This document shows positions 19,067-28,758 of a DNA stretch of 64,000 nucleotides, one piece after another (positions within the stretch are counted from its first letter, which is position 1; each line of letters opens with the position of its first letter). The stretch comes from Clostridia bacterium. Its GTDB lineage: Bacteria > Bacillota > Clostridia > UMGS1883. The stretch lies in the NCBI GenBank assembly GCA_045545055.1, contig JAZQAB010000011.1, forward strand, positions 2,594 to 66,593, read 5' to 3'. A program made the position numbers and the translations under genes. Under the pieces are notes generated by a model. The model worked only from the letters and a program-made list of their open reading frames with translations, was not told the DNA's origin and made no database searches.

Positions 19067-22000
19067 ATGAAAAGAATTTTGTCAACCATTCTCGCAATGA
19101 TAATTGCACTTTCATGTGCATCATTTACGGCATTTGCCGAAAGTGACATCAGAATCGTAATCGACGGGGAATACAAAACCTTTGATGTAATGCCCGTTAT
19201 TGAAAATTCCCGTACCCTTGTACCTATGAGAGGCATTTTTGAAACTTTGGGTGCAGTGGTAAATTGGGACGAGGATACACGCACCGTTATGGCGGCAAAA
19301 GGTGAAACCGTTGTAATGCTGCAGATTGATAACAAAACAGCATGGGTAAACGGTGAAGCAAAGGAGCTTGACGCTGCCGCAAAGCTTTTGGAGGACAGAA
19401 CAATGGTTCCTATTCGTTTTGTTGCAGAAGCTCTTGGCTGCAAAGTAGAATGGGACGAAGCACAAAGGAGGGTTTTTGTGTATTCTGAAAATGACCATCA
19501 GAAGGGCTTTGAAGCTCTTAACGGTAAAAAGGTGATTGTAATAGGAAACTCACATACCTATTACGGAAGACCCGTTATAAGCGTATCTAACAAGAAATAT
19601 ACGCTTGCGGACAGAGTAAATAACAAAGGCGGTATTTATCAGCTTTGTAAGGCAAACGGAATTGATGTATCGGTTACAAACTGGTGCTTTGGAAGTCACG
19701 GACTCAGCCAGCTTTTCGGCGGAGAGCCCTGCAACCTTGAGGGTGGCTGCAAGGGCGTAGTGCACAAGGATTACCTTACAGACAATAACTATGACTATGT
19801 AATAGTACAGCCCGGTGTGGGAACAAATTCCATAAAGAATCTTCAAAATGATTTTGATACCATAATCAGCTTCTTTAAAGAAGGTAATCCCGATACGAAG
19901 TTTATTCTTTTAAGCCCTCCCACACAGTACGGATATAACGCAACCGGCTATCCTTATCCCGATATGCTCAGCCAGTACGATGAAATCGAGAAAAAAGGCG
20001 TACAAATCTTAGAGTGGGGCAAAATTGTAGATTATGCAATCAGACATGGTGTACCCGGCACAGATACAGTATTCAATAAAAACAGCTTCGCTGTAAAGGA
20101 CGGCTATCATCCGAACCTGCTTGCCGGATATGTACTCAATGTAATGATTTACTGCACAATTACCGGTGAAAAAGCAGTGGATCAGCCCTACGGATTCTAT
20201 CTTGATCAGGCATTGGCTCCCGATTTTGACCTTAAAGGCTTCAACGACTTTTATTATGCCGACGGAGAAAGCGATACAAACTCCGATGAAATATTAAAAT
20301 CAGAGAAGGATATGAATGCAATCGCCGCATTTATTGACAGCTATATGGACGGAACTTACAAAGAACCCGAAAAAGTAAGTGCAAAAGAAATCCTTGACGG
20401 AAAACGAATCCTCTTTATAGGCAATTCCTTTATCTACTACGGAAGAACCGTAGCATCAGTTGGAAAATCTGATCTCAGCATAGAGGGCAGAACAGATACA
20501 AAGGGTGCTTTCTATCAGCTTTGTAAGGCAAACGGAATAGATGTTGAGGTTATAAATATGACCTTTGGTGCACACACCCTCGGCGATATTATGAGCGATG
20601 CTTGCCCCAGAACAAATGACAAATGCTACGGCAAAAATCATATGGAAAATCTCACCGATAAGAAATTTGATTATGTAGTATTTTCTCCTGCATCCGGTGA
20701 TAAGCAAGCAGCGGCATTTGAAGAAGACTGCGACAAGCTCATGAGCATTTTCCGCGAGGCAAACCCCGATGTGAAGTTTGTATGCCTCGGCAATATCGGT
20801 GCATACGGCTTTAATTCATATAAGCGTGATTTCCCCGGAATCAGTACATATTACAAAGCCTTGGAGAAGAAAGGTGTAACCATTGCCGATTGGGGCGGAC
20901 TTGTAAAGGCAATCCTTGACAAAAAATTTACCGACAGCCGTTTTACACAGGAATATACAAATACAACCTTTGTGAACACAAAGGATAATTACCACCCTAA
21001 CCTCCTTGCAGGCTATCTTACAACGCTCTTTACCTACTGTGCAATCACAGGGGAAAGTGCTCAGGGTCAGCCCTACGGCTTCTATAAAGACGAAACTCTT
21101 GCACCCGTAATCGATATTCCGGGCTACACTGAATTTTATTACAATGGCGGAGACGCAGATACAAACTATCCGGAAGTTTTTGAATCTGCCTCCGACATGG
21201 CGGCACTGCAGACTCTTGTTGACCGCTATATAAGAGCAGGGCTGTTCCGCAATCTGGAATATACGAATCCCTCTGCAGAGAAAAAGGCACAAGAAGACCT
21301 TATCGCACAGGGAACAGGTCCTATGAACGGAAAGAAAGCAATTTTCATAGGCGACTCCAACGTATACTATGGCAGAGCCGTTGAAGCAAGAAGCAAGAAA
21401 AACGAGCTTAGTGAAAGACAGAATGACAAGGGTATTTTCTACCACATCTGTAAAGCTAACGGCAGTGAACCTCTTATTACCAACTGGGCATACGGAAGCC
21501 ATGGTTGGTGGGCACTGTTTGACGGACATCAGTGTACCACAAACAATACCTGTAAGGGTATAGACCACGAGGCACAGCTTACCGACCGTAACTATGACTA
21601 TGTATTCCTTGGACTTACTCGAAGTGCTACCGACGAGGAAAAGCTCGACTACTATATGCAGCACATCACAAAGCTTTTCCGCGAGGCAAATCCCAATGTG
21701 CAGATTATTGTCCTTGCACCTACTATGATTTATGGAATCAATGATACAGGTGTAGTGCGTCAGGGGACAATCGATGCTCTTAAAACTATGGAAGAAAAGT
21801 ACAACGTAAAGGTTTGTGACTGGGGTAGAATTGTTCGTGATATTCTTGACGGAACTGTAAAGGTTCCCGGAACAACGCAGGAATGGGTGAAGAATACATT
21901 CGTTGTTAAGGATGCAAAGCACGTAAATCTCCTTGGCGGATATATGACTGCTCTTATGGCATACTGTGTGGCAACAGGAGAAAAGGCAGAGGGACAGAAT

Positions 22001-22183
22001 TACGACTTCTTCAAGGATACTTCTCTTGCTCCCATAATCGACGTACCGGGCTATGTTGATTATTACTATCAGAACGGTGATGCCGACAGTAATTTCCCCG
22101 AAATTCTTGCATCGGAAACTGAAATGCGTGGTATTCAACAGCTTATTGACAAATACATCGCTGAAAAGCCTTACAAAAATTGA
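19067..22183 (+). CDS. secreted protein: copper-amine-oxidase-like N-domain + three tandem SGNH-hydrolase-like repeats
   Basis: Signal peptide MKRILSTILAMIIALSCASFTAFA. A Cu_amine_oxidN1-like pair (TLVPMRGIFETLGAVVNWDE / TMVPIRFVAEALGCKVEWDE) follows. Three ~290-aa repeats then each open with GKK.I.IGNS..YYGR..., carry CKANG.(D/E) and end YHPNLLAGY....YC.ITGE.A.GQPYGFY. Confidence 0.6.
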   Translation: MKRILSTILAMIIALSCASFTAFAESDIRIVIDGEYKTFDVMPVIENSRTLVPMRGIFETLGAVVNWDEDTRTVMAAKGETVVMLQIDNKTAWVNGEAKELDAAAKLLEDRTMVPIRFVAEALGCKVEWDEAQRRVFVYSENDHQKGFEALNGKKVIVIGNSHTYYGRPVISVSNKKYTLADRVNNKGGIYQLCKANGIDVSVTNWCFGSHGLSQLFGGEPCNLEGGCKGVVHKDYLTDNNYDYVIVQPGVGTNSIKNLQNDFDTIISFFKEGNPDTKFILLSPPTQYGYNATGYPYPDMLSQYDEIEKKGVQILEWGKIVDYAIRHGVPGTDTVFNKNSFAVKDGYHPNLLAGYVLNVMIYCTITGEKAVDQPYGFYLDQALAPDFDLKGFNDFYYADGESDTNSDEILKSEKDMNAIAAFIDSYMDGTYKEPEKVSAKEILDGKRILFIGNSFIYYGRTVASVGKSDLSIEGRTDTKGAFYQLCKANGIDVEVINMTFGAHTLGDIMSDACPRTNDKCYGKNHMENLTDKKFDYVVFSPASGDKQAAAFEEDCDKLMSIFREANPDVKFVCLGNIGAYGFNSYKRDFPGISTYYKALEKKGVTIADWGGLVKAILDKKFTDSRFTQEYTNTTFVNTKDNYHPNLLAGYLTTLFTYCAITGESAQGQPYGFYKDETLAPVIDIPGYTEFYYNGGDADTNYPEVFESASDMAALQTLVDRYIRAGLFRNLEYTNPSAEKKAQEDLIAQGTGPMNGKKAIFIGDSNVYYGRAVEARSKKNELSERQNDKGIFYHICKANGSEPLITNWAYGSHGWWALFDGHQCTTNNTCKGIDHEAQLTDRNYDYVFLGLTRSATDEEKLDYYMQHITKLFREANPNVQIIVLAPTMIYGINDTGVVRQGTIDALKTMEEKYNVKVCDWGRIVRDILDGTVKVPGTTQEWVKNTFVVKDAKHVNLLGGYMTALMAYCVATGEKAEGQNYDFFKDTSLAPIIDVPGYVDYYYQNGDADSNFPEILASETEMRGIQQLIDKYIAEKPYKN

Positions 22184-22201
22184 TCAAAGGAAGATAACAG
22201 A

Positions 22202-23356
22202 ATGTATAAAGCAGTATTTGAAAAAATAGACGAGCTTTTTCCCAAATATGTTAAAGTATGGGAAGATGTGTGCAATATTGAAAGCCCTACAAACTGCAAA
22301 GAAGGCGTTGACAAGGTTTGTAAGTACTTTACGGATATGGCAGAAGAACGAGGCTGGGATATTGAAATATCAAAGCAGGAGGTAGCAGGCAATGCGGCTT
22401 GTATTACAATAAATTCAAATGCAAAGGAGCCTCATGTTTGCCTTTCCGGACATATGGATACCGTTCACCCTATAGGATTTTTTGGTTATCTCCCCGTGAA
22501 GCTTCAAGGGGACAAAATCTACGGCCCCGGAGTAATCGATTGTAAAGGCGGATGCGTAAGTGCGTTCCTTGCCATGGACGCATTATGGCAATGCGGGTAT
22601 AATAAACGCCCCGTAAAGCTGATACTTCAGTCGGACGAGGAAACGGGAAGTAAAACCAGCGGAAAGAAAACTGTGGAATTTATGTGCGAAAAGGCGAAGG
22701 GTGCAGTAGCCTTTTTGAACGGTGAAGGTTGTCCGGTGAATAAAAAATGGACTGCGGCGATTCAGCGAAAAGGAATCCTCAGATACCGTTTTAAAATAAC
22801 AGGTAAAGCGGCACATTCCTCAGCATGCTATGACGGAGCAAACGCAATAGCAGAGGCGGCACATAAAATTCTTCAGCTTGAACAGATGAAGGATAAGGAA
22901 GGACTTACTTGTAACTGTGGAGTAATCGAAGGCGGTATAGTAGCAAATACAGTTGCGGAGGAATGCAGCTTTCTTGCCGATATTCGCTTTGCAACCATAG
23001 CTCAGATGCAGCAGGCAGAGCAGGAGGTAATGAGAGTAGCAAACACCACCTATGTTGAAGGCTGTTCTTGCGTGGCTCAAAAAGTCAGCGACCGTCCTCC
23101 CATGGAAAAGTCCGAAAGGAATATAGAGCTTTTAAGTAAGATTAACGCTGTTATGGAAAAATGCGGATTTGACTCCATAAAAAGCGAAAAAAGAAACGGC
23201 GGCTCAGATGCGGCATATATAACCGGCATCGGTGTTCCCTGTCTTGATAATATGGGAATCCTCGGCGGAGGAATCCATTCTGCAGATGAATTTGCCGTTA
23301 TATCCTCCCTTGCCGAAGCTGCGAAGATTATGGCGGCAACAGCAATGGGAATCTAA
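22202..23356 (+). CDS. M20 family metallopeptidase (ArgE/DapE/CPG2-like)
   Basis: The M20 metal-binding residues are present (SGHMDTVHP; DCKGG; SDEETGS). Confidence 0.8.
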   Translation: MYKAVFEKIDELFPKYVKVWEDVCNIESPTNCKEGVDKVCKYFTDMAEERGWDIEISKQEVAGNAACITINSNAKEPHVCLSGHMDTVHPIGFFGYLPVKLQGDKIYGPGVIDCKGGCVSAFLAMDALWQCGYNKRPVKLILQSDEETGSKTSGKKTVEFMCEKAKGAVAFLNGEGCPVNKKWTAAIQRKGILRYRFKITGKAAHSSACYDGANAIAEAAHKILQLEQMKDKEGLTCNCGVIEGGIVANTVAEECSFLADIRFATIAQMQQAEQEVMRVANTTYVEGCSCVAQKVSDRPPMEKSERNIELLSKINAVMEKCGFDSIKSEKRNGGSDAAYITGIGVPCLDNMGILGGGIHSADEFAVISSLAEAAKIMAATAMGI

Positions 23357-23377
23357 TGTAAATATTAAGTAAAGAGA

Positions 23378-23428
23378 GACCATAGCAAAAGCTATATTTA
23401 TACCTTTTGCTGTGGTCTGCTTTTTTGC
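23378..23428 (+). terminator. intrinsic terminator
   Basis: agaccatagcaaaag / cttttgctgtggtct is a 15-bp stem followed by gcTTTTTTg. Confidence 0.7.
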
Positions 23429-23519
23429 AGTATAGGAATTTGCGTAAATTTAATTCGCATGAAACTGTGTTCGTGCAATGTTCGGGTGCGACGAGGGTGA
23501 AGCGGCACGCTTCTTTTTT
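23425..23519 (+). repeat. structured intergenic repeat element, copy B (subtype 1)
   Basis: Sequence is ttgcagtataggaatttgcgtaaatttaattcgcatgaaactgtgttcgtgcaatgttcgggtgcgacgagggtg followed by the gaagcg-gca-cgcttc hairpin and TTTTTT. P1 is tcgcA/Tgcga. It is nearly identical to copy D. Confidence 0.75.
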
Positions 23520-23552
23520 GTAAAAAAATACGTAAAAAATATTAATTTCGTA

Positions 23553-23581
23553 TTGAAAAGTGAATTTTTTTGAGATATAAT
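23553..23581 (+). promoter_or_regulatory. sigma-A-type promoter of the decarboxylase operon
   Basis: TTGAAA (23553-23558), 17-nt spacer, then TATAAT (23576-23581). The leader contains the hairpin gtgagcaaa/tttgctcac. Confidence 0.45.
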
Positions 23582-23667
23582 ATGTTATAATGGGAAAAAT
23601 TTTGAAAGTTAGCCATAAAGTGAGCAAATTTTGCTCACTTGTGCTAAAAAAGGTAGGAGGTACAATC

Positions 23668-25146
23668 ATGAGTTCAATGGAAAAAGTGTCCGACCTTCTT
23701 GCCAAAAAGGCTGAAATTGCTCTTGGCGGCGGTAAGGAGAAGCAGGACCAACAGCGTAGCAGCGGCTCTATGACAGCGAGAGAGCGTATAGACGCACTTC
23801 TTGATGAGGGCAGCTTTGTGGAAATCGGTGCATTTGTTTCCGCACGTAATGAAGAAACTGCGGCAGACGGTGTTATCACCGGTTACGGCAGCATCGATTC
23901 AAGATTGGTGTACGTTTATTCTCAGGACGTAACCGTTTTAGGCGGCAGCATGGGTGAGATGTACGCTAACAAAATTAACAAAATCGTCGATATGGCGGCA
24001 AAGATGGGTGCTCCCGTTATCGGTATGCTTGACTCTAACGGGGTAAGGCTTTCCGACGGCCCCAGAGTACAGCGTGCAATGGGCAGAGTGCTTAGTGCAT
24101 TTGCAAACATCAGCGGTGTAGTTCCCAACATCAGCATAGTGTTTGGCAACTGTGCAGGCGGAAGTGCAATTGCGGCGGCAATGAGCGATTTTGTTATTAT
24201 GAACAAAAAAACAGGAAAAATGTTTGTAACAGGTCCCGACATTATAGAGGCAACCGAGGGAAAAGCTCCTGAGGTTGATGCAAAGGGAAGTGTTAATAAA
24301 AACGGAAACGCACATTTTATCGGAGAAGACGACCTTAGCTGTATCGCAATTACCAAGCTTCTTCTTTCATACATTCCTTCAAATAACCTTTCAGATGCAT
24401 TTCAGTTTGAAACTATGGACGACCTTAACCGTCCTTGTGAAATTCTCAATGAGATTGATTCCATTGAAGATGCAAGGGTTGTTATTGCGGAAATTGCCGA
24501 TGACAAAGCCTTCTTTGAAATTCAGGCAGACTATGCCGAGGAGGCGTCAATCGGTTTTATCAGAATTAACGGCAGTGTAGTGGGCGTTATTGCAACAAGC
24601 GGTGACGAAATTTCAAGCCGTGCCGCACAGAAGATGGAAAGATTTGTACGCTTCTGCGACTGTTATAATACACCTATTCTTACAATTACGGACGTTTCAG
24701 GCTTCAAGGCAAGTGCAAGTGAGGAAGCGTGGGGACTTGCAAGAAAGAGTGCCGAACTCATGTATGCATTTGTTGAGGCAACAGTTCCCAAGGTTAACCT
24801 TATTACAAAGAAAGCATACGGCACTGCATACACCCTCATGAACTCAAAGCAGGGCGGTGCAGACCTTATCTTTGCGTATCCCACGGCTCAAATGGCACCC
24901 CTTCCTCCTGCGGCAGGCGTAGGCATGCTTTACAGCGAAAGACTTAAAGCAGGGGAAAGCCGCGAAGCTCTTGAAAAAGAATATATCGAAACAGAAGCAT
25001 CAATTTACAATGCAGCTCGTCTTGGCTGTGTTGATGATATAATTGTTCCTTCGGAAACCAGAGTTCGCATTGCGGCGGCTCTTGAAATGCTCAGGAGTAA
25101 GAGAGCCGGTGCTATATCCAAAAAGCATGACAATCTGTCGCTGTAA
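23668..25146 (+). CDS. mmdA: methylmalonyl-CoA carboxyltransferase, 12S-type alpha subunit (MmdA/PccB family)
   Basis: The probable start is MSSMEKV, which has an RBS aggagg. Similarity to Propionibacterium transcarboxylase 12S runs end to end (TARERIDALLDEGSFVEIGAF; GGSMGE; VTGPDIIEATEG; C-terminal SKRAG.ISKKHDNL). Confidence 0.8.
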   Translation: MSSMEKVSDLLAKKAEIALGGGKEKQDQQRSSGSMTARERIDALLDEGSFVEIGAFVSARNEETAADGVITGYGSIDSRLVYVYSQDVTVLGGSMGEMYANKINKIVDMAAKMGAPVIGMLDSNGVRLSDGPRVQRAMGRVLSAFANISGVVPNISIVFGNCAGGSAIAAAMSDFVIMNKKTGKMFVTGPDIIEATEGKAPEVDAKGSVNKNGNAHFIGEDDLSCIAITKLLLSYIPSNNLSDAFQFETMDDLNRPCEILNEIDSIEDARVVIAEIADDKAFFEIQADYAEEASIGFIRINGSVVGVIATSGDEISSRAAQKMERFVRFCDCYNTPILTITDVSGFKASASEEAWGLARKSAELMYAFVEATVPKVNLITKKAYGTAYTLMNSKQGGADLIFAYPTAQMAPLPPAAGVGMLYSERLKAGESREALEKEYIETEASIYNAARLGCVDDIIVPSETRVRIAAALEMLRSKRAGAISKKHDNLSL

Positions 25147-25159
25147 GGGGGAATAGCAA

Positions 25160-25528
25160 ATGGACTTTAAAAGAAACGACCTTATTCTTGAAGGACTTGC
25201 TTACACCGTAATGGGAATTCTGATAGTGTTTATGATTCTTGTAATCATAATGGCAGTTATAAAAGCAATGGCAGTTATAAGCGGTGAGAAAAAGCCAAAG
25301 AGTAAGCAGAATTCTCTTGCGGATACAACCGTAAAGGAAGAAGTGCAGGCTGATGAAGCTCCCGAGACAGTGCAGAACGATGGCGAGCTTGTTGCAGTAA
25401 TTACTGCGGCTATAGTTGCCATGATGGGACAAACTACATCAGGGCTTGTTGTTCGTTCATATAAGAAGATAGACGGCGATGCATGGAATAAGGCAGGCCG
25501 CATGGATATTCTTGATAACAGATTATAA
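25160..25528 (+). CDS. OadG-family gamma/delta subunit of Na+-translocating decarboxylase
   Basis: A single N-terminal TM helix (LEGLAYTVMGILIVFMILVIIMAVI) and a short charged tail, as in OadG. Confidence 0.6.
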   Translation: MDFKRNDLILEGLAYTVMGILIVFMILVIIMAVIKAMAVISGEKKPKSKQNSLADTTVKEEVQADEAPETVQNDGELVAVITAAIVAMMGQTTSGLVVRSYKKIDGDAWNKAGRMDILDNRL

Positions 25529-25551
25529 GGAATATAAGGAGGAAATTAATC

Positions 25552-25914
25552 ATGAGAAAATTTATTGTTAATGTAAATGGTAATTCATATGAAGTTGAGG
25601 TAGAAGAGGTAGGCGGAGCATCTGTTCCCGTAGCGGCTCCTGCAGCAGCTACCACAGTTACTGCACCTGCAGTAGCTCCCAAGGCGGCAACCGCACCTGC
25701 AGGCGGTGCCCCTGTTAAGGCTCCCATGCCCGGAAACGTCCTTGATATTAAGGTTTCAAACGGTCAGGCAGTTAAGAAGGGCGATGTTCTTGTAATTCTT
25801 GAAGCTATGAAAATGGAAAACGAAATTTCAGCTCCGCAGGACGGTACGGTAACAGTTGTTGCCACCAAGGGTGCAACAGTTAACACAGGCGACATTTTGG
25901 TTACTCTTTCTTGA
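25552..25914 (+). CDS. biotin carboxyl carrier subunit (1.3S-like)
   Basis: An N-terminal VNVNGNSYEVEVEE region and an Ala/Pro linker precede a biotinyl domain whose lysine sits in EAMKMENEI. It resembles transcarboxylase 1.3S closely. Confidence 0.8.
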   Translation: MRKFIVNVNGNSYEVEVEEVGGASVPVAAPAAATTVTAPAVAPKAATAPAGGAPVKAPMPGNVLDIKVSNGQAVKKGDVLVILEAMKMENEISAPQDGTVTVVATKGATVNTGDILVTLS

Positions 25915-25949
25915 TTGAAAACACAAACTAAGAAATGGAGTGATTAAAG

Positions 25950-27185
25950 TTGTTGGATAAATTGATAACCGGTTTTACTCAGTTTTTCGGTAATACCGGT
26001 ATAGCAGAATTGTTTAATATGGCGGATTTTGGAGGAATTAAGGCTGTTTGTATGCTTGCAATTGCTTGCTTCCTTCTTTATCTTGCAATTGTTAAAAAAT
26101 TTGAACCGCTTCTGCTTCTTCCCATTGCATTCGGCATGCTTCTTGCAAATTTGCCGCTGGGAAACGTTATGCATCCGGAGCTTTTCTTAGGTAATGAAAT
26201 TGACTACGGAAAAGTTCTGCATGACGGAGGACTGCTGGATTTATTGTACTTAGGTGTTAAGCTGGGTATCTATCCTCCGCTTATTTTCCTTGGTATCGGA
26301 TGTATGACGGACTTTGCACCTCTTATTTCCAATCCAAAGAGTATTCTTCTCGGTGCAGCGGCACAGGTAGGCGTATTTATAACCTTCCTCGGTGCAATTC
26401 TCCTTGGTGCATTCCAAATCGGCGGCTTTGGTGCTGACGGCAGTATGATTACCATCCTGAAGGAAGCGGCATCAATCGGTATTATCGGCGGTGCAGACGG
26501 TCCCACGGCAATTTATGTTACAAAGACCCTTGCCCCGGGACTTCTCAGTGCAATTGCCGTTGCAGCATATTCCTATATGGCACTTGTTCCTGTAATTCAG
26601 CCGCCTATTATGCGAGCACTTACAACCAAAAAGGAACGTATGATTGTTATGGAAAATCTTCGCCCCGTAACCCAGCGTGAAAAGATTGTTTTCCCTATTG
26701 TAGTTACACTGGTTGTGGTTCTTTTGGTTCCCGATGCGGCTCCTCTTGTGGGTATGCTTATGCTTGGTAACCTTATGAAGGAAAGCGGTGTTGTTGAAAG
26801 AATCAGTAAGGCTGCACAAAACGAGCTTATGAATATTATTACAATATTCCTTGGCGTAACCGTTGGTGCTACTGCTACAGCAAGTACCTTCCTTACACCT
26901 AAAACAATACTTATTATATGCTTAGGACTTTGTGCATTTGCGGTAAGTACTGCGGCAGGCGTGCTTTTCGGAAAGCTTATGTGTAAGCTTTCCGGCGGAA
27001 AGATTAATCCTCTTATCGGTAGTGCTGGCGTTAGTGCAGTTCCAATGGCAGCACGTGTATCACAGAAGGTAGGACAGGAAGAAAATCCTGCAAATTTCCT
27101 GCTTATGCACGCAATGGGACCAAACGTTGCAGGTGTAATAGGCAGTGCCGTTGCAGCAGGTGTGTTCCTAGCCCTCTTTAAATAA
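25950..27185 (+). CDS. Na+-translocating decarboxylase beta subunit (OadB/MmdB/GcdB family)
   Basis: A polytopic membrane protein of about 400 aa with OadB-like Gly/Ala-rich helices ([10 protein letters not shown]; NLMKESGV). Confidence 0.75.
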   Translation: MLDKLITGFTQFFGNTGIAELFNMADFGGIKAVCMLAIACFLLYLAIVKKFEPLLLLPIAFGMLLANLPLGNVMHPELFLGNEIDYGKVLHDGGLLDLLYLGVKLGIYPPLIFLGIGCMTDFAPLISNPKSILLGAAAQVGVFITFLGAILLGAFQIGGFGADGSMITILKEAASIGIIGGADGPTAIYVTKTLAPGLLSAIAVAAYSYMALVPVIQPPIMRALTTKKERMIVMENLRPVTQREKIVFPIVVTLVVVLLVPDAAPLVGMLMLGNLMKESGVVERISKAAQNELMNIITIFLGVTVGATATASTFLTPKTILIICLGLCAFAVSTAAGVLFGKLMCKLSGGKINPLIGSAGVSAVPMAARVSQKVGQEENPANFLLMHAMGPNVAGVIGSAVAAGVFLALFK

Positions 27186-27206
27186 TTAAGAAAGGAAATA
27201 ATTATC

Positions 27207-28613
27207 ATGGAAAATAAAAGACCGGTAAAAATTACCGAAACAATTCTTCGTGACGCACATCAGTCGCTCATTGCCACCCGTATGACAACCGACGAAATGC
27301 TGGGTGCGGTAGAGCTTCTTGATAAGGTGGGCTTTAATGCACTGGAAGCATGGGGCGGTGCTACCTTTGATAGCTGTCTTCGTTTCCTCAAGGAAGACCC
27401 TTGGGAAAGACTCAGAAAAATTAAAGACAAGGCAAAGAACACTCCCATTCAGATGCTTTTCCGCGGACAGAATATTCTCGGATACCGTCATTACGGTGAT
27501 GATGTTGTAGAATATTTTGTGCAGAAGTCAATTGCAAACGGCGTTGACATCATCAGAATTTTCGACGCACTAAACGACGTTCGTAATCTTCGTACAGCCA
27601 TTGAAGCTACAATTAAGGAAAAAGGTCATGTTCAGGCGGCTATCTCTTACACAATCAGCCCTGTTCATACCAATGAAAACTTCATACAGCTTGCCAAAGA
27701 CCTTGAAGGCATGGGTGCAAGCTCCATCTGTATTAAGGATATGGCAGGACTTCTTACCCCCTACAATGCGTATGACCTTGTTAAGGGCATGAAGGAAGCC
27801 GTTAAGATTCCCATCGAGCTTCACACTCATTATACAAGCGGTATTGCGTCAATGACATACCTCAAGGCTATTGAAGCAGGCGTGGATATTGTTGACTGTG
27901 CCATGAGTCCTCTTGCAATGGGTACAAGCCAGCCTGCAACCGAGCCTATGGTTGCAACACTGCAGGGAACGCAGTTCGATACAGGTCTTGACCTTAATCT
28001 TCTCAGTGAGATTGCAGATTATTTCAGACCTATCCGTGAAAGATATATTGAAAGCGGCACTCTTAATCCCAAGGCACTTGCCGTTGATGTAAATACACTT
28101 AAATATCAGGTTCCCGGCGGTATGCTTTCAAACCTTCTTTCACAGCTTAAACAGCTTGGTGCAGAGGATAAATTCCAGGAGGTTCTTAAAGAAATTCCCC
28201 GTGTTCGTGAGGACGCAGGCTATCCGCCTCTTGTAACTCCCACCAGCCAGATTGTCGGCTCACAGGCAGTGTTTAATGTGGTTCTGGGCGAAAGATACAA
28301 GAACGTAACCAAGGAATTTCGTGGACTTGTAAAAGGCGAGTACGGCAGAACTCCCGTGGAAATCAGCGATGCTTTTGCAAAGAAAATCCTCGGTGACGAA
28401 AAGCGTATTACAGGCAGACCTGCTGATGAAATCCCCGCAGAGCTTGATAAGTTCAGAGGCGAAATCAGCGAGTTTATCGAGCAGGACGAGGATGTATTAA
28501 GCTACGCACTTTTCGGTCCTGTTGCTACAAAGTTCTTTGAATTCCGTCAGGGTCAGAAATATAAAATCGACCCCACATTAGGCGACAAGGAAACAAAGGT
28601 TCATCCTATGTAA
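27207..28613 (+). CDS. pyruvate/oxaloacetate carboxyltransferase, 5S-type subunit (no biotin domain)
   Basis: Near-colinear similarity to transcarboxylase 5S / OadA N-domain (ITETILRDAHQSLIATRM; FRGQNILGYRHY; QVPGGMLSNL; QIVGSQAVFNV). At 468 aa it lacks a C-terminal biotinyl domain. Confidence 0.8.
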   Translation: MENKRPVKITETILRDAHQSLIATRMTTDEMLGAVELLDKVGFNALEAWGGATFDSCLRFLKEDPWERLRKIKDKAKNTPIQMLFRGQNILGYRHYGDDVVEYFVQKSIANGVDIIRIFDALNDVRNLRTAIEATIKEKGHVQAAISYTISPVHTNENFIQLAKDLEGMGASSICIKDMAGLLTPYNAYDLVKGMKEAVKIPIELHTHYTSGIASMTYLKAIEAGVDIVDCAMSPLAMGTSQPATEPMVATLQGTQFDTGLDLNLLSEIADYFRPIRERYIESGTLNPKALAVDVNTLKYQVPGGMLSNLLSQLKQLGAEDKFQEVLKEIPRVREDAGYPPLVTPTSQIVGSQAVFNVVLGERYKNVTKEFRGLVKGEYGRTPVEISDAFAKKILGDEKRITGRPADEIPAELDKFRGEISEFIEQDEDVLSYALFGPVATKFFEFRQGQKYKIDPTLGDKETKVHPM

Positions 28614-28614
28614 C

Positions 28615-28692
28615 AAAAAGAAGCGTGCCGCTTCACCCATTTCGCGTCCCAACTAAATTTCAAGCGAAAATATGTTGCTCGCGATTAAATAC
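28615..28692 (-). repeat. structured intergenic repeat element, copy C (subtype 2, minus orientation)
   Basis: On the minus strand it reads tatttaatcgcgagc..tttagttgggacgcgaaatgggtg followed by the gaagcg-gca-cgcttc hairpin and ttttt. The hairpin (28620-28634) lies 6 nt from the stop (28611-28613) of the convergent plus-strand gene. Confidence 0.7.
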
Positions 28693-28710
28693 GCAAGTTT
28701 CTATACTGTA

Positions 28711-28758
28711 AAAAAGACTGTAGATGTAAAAACGAGTTTTTTACACCTACAGTCTTTT
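28711..28758 (+). terminator. hairpin + T-run between repeat copies C and D
   Basis: aaaagactgtagatgtaaaaa / tttttacacctacagtctttt is a long imperfect palindrome followed by TTTTTT. Confidence 0.6.

Noticed and set aside
20816-22138. Long antisense ORFs inside well-supported genes (e.g. 20816-22138 minus, 18337-19443 minus, 12038-12523 minus, 26597-27208 minus, 34325-35326 minus).
   Set aside because: They are low-complexity Cys/Ile/Val-rich translations with no RBS. They lie entirely antisense to genes with clear homology. They are typical spurious frames in AT-rich DNA.
23459-23500. A 13-codon mini-ORF (MKLC(S/T)C(N/S)VRVR(R/H)G) encoded inside repeat copies B, D and E.
   Set aside because: It has no RBS. 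The frame is destroyed by a 1-nt indel in copy C and is unrelated in copy A. Conservation is better explained by RNA stems (covariation) than by coding.
23590-23667. ATG at 23590 as start of the 12S carboxyltransferase.
   Set aside because: It lies inside the promoter/leader (the -10 is at 23576). MSSMEKV at 23668 has a consensus RBS, and homologues start there.
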